From contig CAIKRR010000030.1 of the NCBI GenBank assembly GCA_903829815.1, positions 25,730-89,729 of the forward strand: DNA of 64,000 bases, given 5' to 3'. A program made the translations under genes and the position numbers. Position 1 is the first letter of the stretch. Every line of letters begins with the position of its first letter. This document shows positions 36,929-45,311 of this stretch, piece after piece. The notes under the pieces are model-generated. The model did not search any database, was not told the DNA's origin, and was given only the letters and a program-made list of their open reading frames with translations. This stretch comes from an uncultured Pseudomonadota bacterium. GTDB taxonomy: Bacteria > Pseudomonadota > Gammaproteobacteria > Burkholderiales > SG8-39.

Positions 36929-37861
36929 TCAGCCCATCTTGTGTTCGAATTCACCGATGCCCTCGATCCACAACTTGACCGTCTCGCCCGCCTTGAGGAA
37001 GCGCTTGCGGCCGGCACCCACCCCAGCCGGCGTACCGGTGAGGATCAGATCGCCTGGGCGCAGCGTGACGCGCGAGGAGAGCATCTCGATCTGCTCGGCC
37101 GTATCGAAGATGAGGTTGCTCGTGTTCGAGTCCTGCATCAGTTCCTGGCCGACCCAGAGCTTCATCGCCAGATTGTGCGGCTTCTTGATCTCGCTCGCAG
37201 GGACGATCCACGGGCCGATCGGGCAGGCACCGTCAAAGCACTTCTGGCTGATCCAGTCGTAGGCAAAGGGCGAGGAGGTCGGCACCCCTTCACGACGCAT
37301 GCCATCGCGCGCCGACAGATCGTTGGCAATGGTCCAGCCGGCCACATAGCTCAAGGCCTTCGAGGCGGGCACATTGCTCGCCGTCTTGCCGATGACGGCG
37401 GCCAGTTCGATTTCCCAGTCCATCTTCTTCGACCAGGCCGGAATCTTGATGACCGCGTTGGGCCCCACCACGCTCGAGCGCGAGGTTTTCACGAAGTGCC
37501 AGGGCTTCTCCCCGAGGTCCTTCATCGTGGGACCAGGCTCCTTGCCCTGTGCGCGATCCATCTCGGCCACATGGTCACGGTAGTTCGCACCGGCGCAGAA
37601 GATGTCGCCGGGGAAGAGAATCGGGGCAAGCAGCTTTGCGCTCGACAGTTTCGTGCCCTTGGCGCGGCTCTTGCCGCTCTCGATGCGAGCGGCCGCTTCC
37701 TTGAAGGCCTTGTTGGCCTTGACCCAGTCCTGCAACGCGCCAAGCACGGTCGAATAGGCTGCGGTGGCCGTCACGCGCGCTGCATCGTAGATGTCCTCGC
37801 CAACGAGGATGCCGGCACGGGCCTCACGCCCGGATTGGAACGTCAACAGTCGATAGCTCAT
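36929..37861 (-). CDS. Fumarylacetoacetate hydrolase (FAH) family protein
   Basis: The start ATG 37859-37861 (MSYRLLTF...) is preceded by GGAGAG. FAH C-terminal domain blocks include PGDLILTGTPAGVG. Confidence 0.8.
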   Translation of the reverse strand: MSYRLLTFQSGREARAGILVGEDIYDAARVTATAAYSTVLGALQDWVKANKAFKEAAARIESGKSRAKGTKLSSAKLLAPILFPGDIFCAGANYRDHVAEMDRAQGKEPGPTMKDLGEKPWHFVKTSRSSVVGPNAVIKIPAWSKKMDWEIELAAVIGKTASNVPASKALSYVAGWTIANDLSARDGMRREGVPTSSPFAYDWISQKCFDGACPIGPWIVPASEIKKPHNLAMKLWVGQELMQDSNTSNLIFDTAEQIEMLSSRVTLRPGDLILTGTPAGVGAGRKRFLKAGETVKLWIEGIGEFEHKMG

Positions 37862-38011
37862 GGTCTCTCCCAGGTCAACGATGTGGGTCTGGCGTCGTAT
37901 CCAGCGTGCACGGTGCAGCGGCACAGCCTGATCCCGTCGGGATTATAGGTGGCGGCGAAGGCAAAGCGGCTAGAATCGAGCGAGGTGCCGCATGCCCCAG
38001 GAGGAGTGACG

Positions 38012-39337
38012 ATGGCCTTGCAGGACAAACTGGCCGCGCTGGTCGATGAAGGCAAGGACGCCTTCCGGGTCGACCGCTCGGTGTACTTCGATCCCGAGAT
38101 CTTCGAGGCCGAGCTCGCCTCGATCTTCGAGGGTGGCTGGATCTATCTGTGCCACGAGAGCCAGATCGCCTCGGCCGGTGACTACTTCACCACCCGCATG
38201 GGGCGCCAGCCGGTGTTTGTCGTGCGACGCCGCAATGGCGAGATCGGTGCATTCATCAACGCCTGCGCGCACCGTGGCGCAACGCTTGCCCTGCATGAAC
38301 ACGGCAACGCCGGGGCCTTCACCTGCCGTTTTCACGGCTGGTCATTTGCCCACGACGGACGCTGCATCCGCATCAAGAACGAGGAGACCGGTGGCTATGC
38401 AAACCCGGCCTGCCGCGACGAATTTTCACTGACCCCGGTGCCGCGCGTCGAGTCCTATCGCGGCTTCGTGTTCGGCAGCCTGCGCGCCGATGTCGGCCCC
38501 TTGGGCGACATGCTGGGGCCGACCCGCCCCTGGATCGACCTCATGGTCGATCAGTCACCGCAGGGCCTCGAAATCCTGCCCGGCGCATCGACTTACGTCA
38601 TCCACGGCAACTGGAAGATGCAGGCCGAGAACGGCGTCGACGGGTATCACGTCTCGACCGTGCACAAGGTCTTTGCACAGACCCTCGCGCAGCGTGAAGC
38701 CAAGCTCGGACTCTCGGGCCTGCAGCGCACCGAGCACGGGCGCATCACCGGCAACGTGGCATCGGCGGGCTACGATTTCGGCCACGGCCACATGGCCATC
38801 TGGGCCACCCACAGCGATCCCACCAAACGCCCGGTTTACGCCGAGCGCGAGCGACTGGCGCAGACGATGTCCCCGGCGCAACTCGATTGGCTTCTCAACC
38901 GCGGACGCAACCTCTATCTGTTTCCGAACGTGCTCCTGATGGACAACCCGTCAACCCAGGTTCGTACCATCCAGCCGATCAGCCCCGACCGGGCTGAAGT
39001 CACGGTGCGCTGCATCGCCCCGATCGGCGAGAACCGCGAAGCGCGTGCTGCACGCCTGCGCAAGTTCGAAGACTTCTACCTCACCACCGGCATGGCCACC
39101 TCCGACGATCTGGCGGCACTCGAAGCCACACACGCCGGGGGCTACGGGCGCGCAGCGCGCTGGAACCACTTTGCACGCGGGGCCGTCGGCACCATGCACG
39201 GCGCGGAGAATGCCGACGCCATGGCCATCGGCTGCGAGCCTGACTCGAGCACCGCCAACTGGGATCACGAAACCTTCTATCACGGCTTTTACCGCTACTG
39301 GAAGAAACGCCTGCTCGACAGCCCGGAGGTGCGCTAG
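38012..39337 (+). CDS. Rieske aromatic ring-hydroxylating dioxygenase alpha subunit, benzoate/anthranilate 1,2-dioxygenase (BenA/AntA)-like
   Basis: The start ATG 38012 follows AGGAGG. It has the Rieske motif CAHRGATL...CRFHGWSF, the BenA-like N-terminus ...IFEGGWIYLCHESQI...DYFTT.MGRQPV and the iron site ENGVDGYHVSTVH. Confidence 0.8.
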   Translation: MALQDKLAALVDEGKDAFRVDRSVYFDPEIFEAELASIFEGGWIYLCHESQIASAGDYFTTRMGRQPVFVVRRRNGEIGAFINACAHRGATLALHEHGNAGAFTCRFHGWSFAHDGRCIRIKNEETGGYANPACRDEFSLTPVPRVESYRGFVFGSLRADVGPLGDMLGPTRPWIDLMVDQSPQGLEILPGASTYVIHGNWKMQAENGVDGYHVSTVHKVFAQTLAQREAKLGLSGLQRTEHGRITGNVASAGYDFGHGHMAIWATHSDPTKRPVYAERERLAQTMSPAQLDWLLNRGRNLYLFPNVLLMDNPSTQVRTIQPISPDRAEVTVRCIAPIGENREARAARLRKFEDFYLTTGMATSDDLAALEATHAGGYGRAARWNHFARGAVGTMHGAENADAMAIGCEPDSSTANWDHETFYHGFYRYWKKRLLDSPEVR

Positions 39338-39829
39338 ATGTCGACCCGCATCGATTCAGCCGTGTCTGCACTGGTGCTCGACGAGGCTCGCCTCATCGAC
39401 CAGAAACGCTGGGCCGAATGGCTCATGCTCTACACCGAAGACGCCGTGTTCTGGATGCCCTCATGGAAAGACGAGACGCACACCACCGACGATCCTGAAT
39501 TGCAACTCAACCTCATCTACCTGCCCAATCGGCAGGGGCTTGAAGACCGCATCTACCGCATCGAGACCGGGGATTCGTTTGCCTCGGTACCGCTTGATCG
39601 CACGACCCATGTGGTGGGCGGCGCACTGGTCACCGGCGAGAGCCCGGCCGGCATCCAGGCGTGGGCGGGCTGGATCGTGCACACCTACGGCTACCGGGGC
39701 ACGACCACCCGCAGCGGCAGCTACGAATACCTGCTGCGGGAAACGGCCGAGGGGCTGCGCATTGCGCGCAAGAAGGTGGTGATGATCGATGACCGCCTTG
39801 AAGGCGCGGTCGACGTCTATCACGTGTGA
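39338..39829 (+). CDS. Aromatic ring-hydroxylating dioxygenase beta subunit (NTF2-like)
   Basis: 163 aa. It starts immediately after the alpha-subunit stop. It has a typical beta-subunit pattern (EARLIDQKRWAEWLMLYTEDAVFWMP...). Confidence 0.8.
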   Translation: MSTRIDSAVSALVLDEARLIDQKRWAEWLMLYTEDAVFWMPSWKDETHTTDDPELQLNLIYLPNRQGLEDRIYRIETGDSFASVPLDRTTHVVGGALVTGESPAGIQAWAGWIVHTYGYRGTTTRSGSYEYLLRETAEGLRIARKKVVMIDDRLEGAVDVYHV

Positions 39830-39850
39830 ACACGCAGCACTGCCTTGCGG

Positions 39851-40633
39851 TCAGGGCAGTGCACCCCGCGCTGCCAGCCCGCCATCCACCGAGAGAATGC
39901 AACCGCTCGTGTAGGACGAGCGCGGCGAGGCCAGAAAGACGACGCTGTCGGCAATCTCCGGGGGCGTGGCAGGTCGCTTGAAGGGCATGTTGGCAAAGAG
40001 CTCGCGCCAGCGACTCTCGTCACCGAGACGCTGCAGGGCACGGCGCTTCACCATCGTCTCGAGCCGATCGGACTCGACCGGACCCGGATTGACACCGAGC
40101 ACCCGCACCCCGACATCACCGCTGGTGGAACCCAGCGCACGCGTGAATGCCATCAGGGCAGCGTTGCCGGTACTGCCGGCGATGTAGCCCGAATCAAGCC
40201 GCTCGCCAGTGGTGCCTATCACGTTCACGATGACACCCGACCCGCGCGTCTTCATCGGACCAAAGAACGCACGGCACAGGTTGATGTAGCCAAACACCTT
40301 GAGGTCCCAGGCGGCGCGCCAGCGCGTCTCGTCGACATCGGCAATGGAACCAGGCGGGATCGAACCTGCATTGTTCACCAGAATGTCCGTCGTGTCGGCG
40401 AGGCCGGCAAGGTGCTGCTGCGCAGCCGCCTGCGAGCAGTCGAGCCCGTGTACGTCAACCGGTACGCCATGCGCGTCGCGCACACCCGCCGCGGCGCGCT
40501 CGAGTTCATCGGCCGAGCGCGCGACCAGGCGCAGCGCACAGCCCTCGGCGGCAAAGGCATGCGCGATGGCAAGCCCGATGCCCTTCGATGCGCCGGTGAC
40601 CAGCACCCGCTGTCCCTTCAGTTTCAGATCCAT
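39851..40633 (-). CDS. SDR-family oxidoreductase, atypical (no canonical YxxxK seen by eye)
   Basis: It starts MDLKLKGQRVLVTGASKGIG and has NNAG. The predicted active-site region reads SGYIAGSTGNAALMAF. It is a paralogue of the gene at 53087-53866. Confidence 0.75.
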   Translation of the reverse strand: MDLKLKGQRVLVTGASKGIGLAIAHAFAAEGCALRLVARSADELERAAAGVRDAHGVPVDVHGLDCSQAAAQQHLAGLADTTDILVNNAGSIPPGSIADVDETRWRAAWDLKVFGYINLCRAFFGPMKTRGSGVIVNVIGTTGERLDSGYIAGSTGNAALMAFTRALGSTSGDVGVRVLGVNPGPVESDRLETMVKRRALQRLGDESRWRELFANMPFKRPATPPEIADSVVFLASPRSSYTSGCILSVDGGLAARGALP

Positions 40634-40659
40634 ATCCGACTGCACCCACCGTTTTCACG

Positions 40660-40688
40660 AAAAAAGTCGAGCGATCGAGCGTTCGCTC
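40660..40688 (-). terminator. Weak candidate intrinsic terminator after the Bug gene 40739-41791
   Basis: On the minus strand a 6-bp stem (GAGCGA/TCGCTC) with an 8-nt loop is followed by a TTTTTT run (plus-strand A-run 40660-40665). Confidence 0.3.
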
Positions 40689-40738
40689 ATGCAAACCCCG
40701 GCCCGTACACCTGCACGGCCCGCGCTCGGACACGCCGG

Positions 40739-41791
40739 TCAATCAAGCTGGAACCCGGTGGCCCGGATGATGCCGGCCCATCGCAGACGATCGCGTCCGA
40801 TGCGCTCAGCCAATTCGCGTGGCGTGCTTGGTCGCGGCTCGAGGCCTTGTTCACGAAAGAGTTCGCGCAATTCCGCCCCGGCCAGTGTGCTGCGCGCAGC
40901 CGCACCCAGTCGGGCAATGGCCTCCGATGAAGTACCCCTGGGCGCCATCAGTGAAAACCACGTTACCAGCTCGAAATCGGCAAGCCCGGCCTCGCGAGCC
41001 GTGGGCACATCGGGGAGCGCGGACAGCCGTGCAGGTCCGGTGACGGCCAGCGCACGCAGTCGCCCTGACTGCAGGTTCTGCACCTGAAACGAGGCCACCT
41101 GATCGATCATGAACTGCACCTGCCCGGCCAGCAGGTCGACCAGCGCGGGCGCCGCTCCCTTGTAGGGAACATGCACGGTCTGCACATTGGCCAGGCGGTT
41201 GAAGTGCTCACCCGCAAAGTGCAGGATCGTGCCGCTGCCGATCGAACTGTAGTTGAGTTGCCCAGGCCGGCTACGCGCCAGTTCGATGAACTCACCGAGC
41301 GTGCGAGCTGGCACCGCACCGTTCACGACAAGGAGGAAGGGTGCCTCGGAAATGAGCGTGATCGGTTCGAAGGCTGCATCGGGTTCGTAGGCCAGCGACC
41401 GATACAGGCTGGGTGCCAGAGCAAGCGTCGACACCGTGCCCAGCCCGATGTTCAATCCATCAGGGCTCGAGCGCGCCAGCAGCGTCGATCCTATGGTGCC
41501 CCCGGCCCCGGCGCGATTGTCCACCACGATCTGCTGACCCAGCGCTTCCCCCAGACCGCGCGCGACGATACGCGAGACCAGATCGGCTGAACCGCCTGCC
41601 GGGAAAGGTACGATGAAACGAATCGACCCGCGCGCACCGGCACCTGCACCTGCGCCTTGCGCCAGAGCGGAGCCCGAGAGCACAAGAGCCAGCACCCCGA
41701 GCAGGCCGGGCAAGCAGCGCAAGGGCCTCGCAAGAACACGGCGCCCGCAAGCCCGGGCCGCACGGCGCCAGAACTGCCGCAATGGGTTCAC
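40739..41791 (-). CDS. Bug/TctC-family substrate-binding protein
   Basis: The GTG start overlaps the upstream Bug stop (GTGA, 41788-41791). Blocks are RFIVPFPAGGSAD, IVVDNRAGAGG, HVPYKGAAPALVDLLAGQV and WFSLMAPRGT. Confidence 0.85.
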   Translation of the reverse strand: MNPLRQFWRRAARACGRRVLARPLRCLPGLLGVLALVLSGSALAQGAGAGAGARGSIRFIVPFPAGGSADLVSRIVARGLGEALGQQIVVDNRAGAGGTIGSTLLARSSPDGLNIGLGTVSTLALAPSLYRSLAYEPDAAFEPITLISEAPFLLVVNGAVPARTLGEFIELARSRPGQLNYSSIGSGTILHFAGEHFNRLANVQTVHVPYKGAAPALVDLLAGQVQFMIDQVASFQVQNLQSGRLRALAVTGPARLSALPDVPTAREAGLADFELVTWFSLMAPRGTSSEAIARLGAAARSTLAGAELRELFREQGLEPRPSTPRELAERIGRDRLRWAGIIRATGFQLD

Positions 41792-42843
41792 TCGCTGTCT
41801 CCATTGAAGCCGCTCGAGCGAATCACATCACCCCAGCGGCGCCAGTCGGTCTGCACCTGCGCAGCGAACTCTGGTGCAGTCATTTCACGGATATCGAGGT
41901 CGAGCGTGCGCATGCGTTCACGCACGCCTGGGGTTCGCATCGACTGAACAATGAGGGTGTTGATGCGCGCACTGACCTCGGGCGAGGTGCCCGGAGGCGC
42001 AAAGAGTCCGAACCAGAAGTCGGCAATCAGGCCCGGATACCCCGACTCGGCAAAGGTCGGCACCTCGGGGGCGGCCGCGCTGCGGCGCGTTCCCGAGGCG
42101 GCAACGATTGCGATACGGCCCGCGCGCGCCTGCACGAGCAGCGTGCCCAGGGGTTGCACCGTACTCGCGACATGCCCCGCCATGAGATCGGCAACAGCAG
42201 GGGCAGCGCCCTTGTACGGTACATGACGCAGGGGTATCGCCAGGGCCTGCGCGATCAGCAGGCCGTACAGATGGGTCGACCCACCCGCCCCCCCCGAGGC
42301 GAAGGTGGCCACGGCCGAGTTGGCCTTGGCCCAGCGGCTGAAAAGCGTCAGATCCGCAATGAGCGGTGCGCCCGAGGACGTTGTGCCAACCACGGGTGAC
42401 GCAGCACTCGCAGCCACCGCAAATCCCATCGACCAGGCACCGGTGTGCGCGATGGGTGTCAGGTCGAACACCGGCTCGGGGCTGCCCGCCTGTCGCTGTG
42501 CCTGCGGCTGCAAAATCACCGTCGCATCAGGCGCCAGCATCAGCGTATTGCCATCGGCCGTCGCCGCGCGCAGCAGCTCGGTGGCCAGGCGGCCTCCTGC
42601 ACCCGGACGATTGTCGACCACCACCGGCCGCCCTGTCGCTTCGGCCAGGCGCTCGGCAAAGAGCCGGGCCAGAATATCGACACCGCCCCCGGGCGGGAAC
42701 CCGGCCAGCAGGCGTACCGGTCCGCGCGCGCCGGGCGTCGTCGAGGCCACTTGAGCCAGCGCCAACGATGGCGCCAGCAGCAGCGCCGTGACTGCAGCGG
42801 CCAGCGGCCCACGCCAAGAACGCTTCGGCATTGTCGTCTCCAT
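41788..42843 (-). CDS. Bug/TctC-family substrate-binding protein
   Basis: I chose the start ATG 42841-42843 (METTMPKRSW..., signal peptide). The longer ORF to 42969 only adds a (PVS)6 translation of the upstream tandem repeat. Blocks are RLLAGFPPGGGVD, VVVDNRPGAGG and HVPYKGAAPAVADLMAGHV. Confidence 0.8.
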   Translation of the reverse strand: METTMPKRSWRGPLAAAVTALLLAPSLALAQVASTTPGARGPVRLLAGFPPGGGVDILARLFAERLAEATGRPVVVDNRPGAGGRLATELLRAATADGNTLMLAPDATVILQPQAQRQAGSPEPVFDLTPIAHTGAWSMGFAVAASAASPVVGTTSSGAPLIADLTLFSRWAKANSAVATFASGGAGGSTHLYGLLIAQALAIPLRHVPYKGAAPAVADLMAGHVASTVQPLGTLLVQARAGRIAIVAASGTRRSAAAPEVPTFAESGYPGLIADFWFGLFAPPGTSPEVSARINTLIVQSMRTPGVRERMRTLDLDIREMTAPEFAAQVQTDWRRWGDVIRSSGFNGDSE

Positions 42844-42888
42844 CCCTGATCCGGTACTGGCCATGCAGGGCGCCACTATACCGTGGCA

Positions 42889-42957
42889 CACCGGAGGCGT
42901 TGACACAGGAGACACCGGAGACACAGGAGACACCGGAGACACAGGAGACACAGGGCC
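42889..42957. repeat. Tandem repeat: five perfect contiguous 9-bp units alternating CACAGGAGA / CACCGGAGA (42904-42948; 2.5 copies of an 18-bp unit) with degenerate flanking copies
   Basis: Read directly: cacaggaga caccggaga cacaggaga caccggaga cacaggaga, then cacagggcc. A degenerate caccggagg lies at 42889-42897. The array sits between the groEL terminators and a TATAGT box (42875-42880, minus strand) upstream of the Bug gene. Confidence 0.9.
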
Positions 42958-42974
42958 GCAACAGGACAAACAAC

Positions 42975-43002
42975 AAAAAAGCCAGGCGCATGGCCTGGCT
43001 TT
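42975..43002 (-). terminator. Rho-independent terminator of groESL (bidirectional-looking)
   Basis: The stem is GCCAGGC (42981-42987) / GCCTGGC (42993-42999) with a 5-nt loop. On the minus strand it is followed by TTTTTTGTTGTTTG. The plus side has only TTT. Confidence 0.8.
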
Positions 43003-43015
43003 CCTGATTCACTGA

Positions 43016-43042
43016 CTGGCCGGTGGTGTGACCACCGGCCAG
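43016..43042 (-). terminator. Perfect 12-bp GC-rich hairpin immediately downstream of groEL (first of two tandem hairpins)
   Basis: CTGGCCGGTGGT (43016-43027), a 3-nt loop, then ACCACCGGCCAG (43031-43042). No U-run follows, so it is probably an mRNA-stabilising or auxiliary terminator element. Confidence 0.55.
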
Positions 43043-43086
43043 GTTGGCTGGGCGCGCGTACCGCTACGCGCCCGGGCCGACGGACA

Positions 43087-44769
<1,683 letters not shown>

Positions 44770-44799
44770 TCAATCAGTGTGGTGCCTGTACGGCGTTGC

Positions 44800-45087
44800 T
44801 CAGGCAACGACGCCCATGATGTCTTCCTCGCGCATCACGAGGTACTCGATACCATCGACCTTCACGGTGGAACCGGAATACTTGCCAAACAGCACGCGAT
44901 CGCCGACCTTCACATCGAGCGGACGAACCTTGCCGTCCTCGAGGATCTTGCCATTGCCAATCGCCATGACCTCGCCCTGATCGGGCTTCTCGGCAGCTGC
45001 ATCGGGAATCAGGATGCCACCGGCAGACTTGCGCTCTTCTTCCAGTCGCTTCACGACCACGCGATCATGCAAAGGACGAATATTCAT
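44800..45087 (-). CDS. groS: Co-chaperonin GroES (10 kDa)
   Basis: 95 aa: [18 protein letters not shown]...GGILIPD...GEV.A.G.G. It lies 45 nt upstream of groEL. Confidence 0.97.
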   Translation of the reverse strand: MNIRPLHDRVVVKRLEEERKSAGGILIPDAAAEKPDQGEVMAIGNGKILEDGKVRPLDVKVGDRVLFGKYSGSTVKVDGIEYLVMREEDIMGVVA

Positions 45088-45194
45088 GAATTTTCTCCAT
45101 CAAACGTTGGTGATTGACCACTTGTAGCCCGCTCCCTGGATGCAGGTGGGGTAGGCGCCGTGGTCGGGCGCACCGCGTCGGGCACCCGTGTGTG

Positions 45195-45221
45195 TTAGCA
45201 CTCAGGCTACGCGAGTGCTGA
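45195..45221 (-). promoter_or_regulatory. CIRCE operator (HrcA binding site) in the groES leader
   Basis: The plus strand reads TTAGCACTC-aggctacgc-GAGTGCTGA. The consensus is TTAGCACTC-N9-GAGTGCTAA, so there is 1 mismatch. It lies immediately downstream of the predicted -10 box. Confidence 0.85.
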
Positions 45222-45223
45222 TA

Positions 45224-45249
45224 ATAGGGGTTCCGCTGCATATTTTCAA
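45224..45249 (-). promoter_or_regulatory. Sigma32 (RpoH)-type heat-shock promoter of groESL
   Basis: The minus strand reads CTCTGGGGTTGAAA-13 nt-CCCCTATTAT. This matches the E. coli sigma32 consensus (CCCTTGAA ... CCCCATNT) with appropriate spacing. Confidence 0.7.
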
Positions 45250-45311
45250 CCCCAGAGCAAACGATTCCCTAAAATGGGACGATCGACCTGCGCTGAATCA
45301 AGCCTTGCCTC

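Noticed and set aside
42889-42957. Possible CRISPR array.
   Set aside because: The units are only 9 bp long and directly abutting, with no spacers. No cas genes are present.
42844-42969. N-terminal extension of the Bug ORF containing a (PVS)6 repeat.
   Set aside because: It is simply the translation of the 9-bp tandem DNA repeat upstream of the gene. A normal signal peptide begins at the internal METTMPKRSW start, and other Bug paralogues have no such extension.
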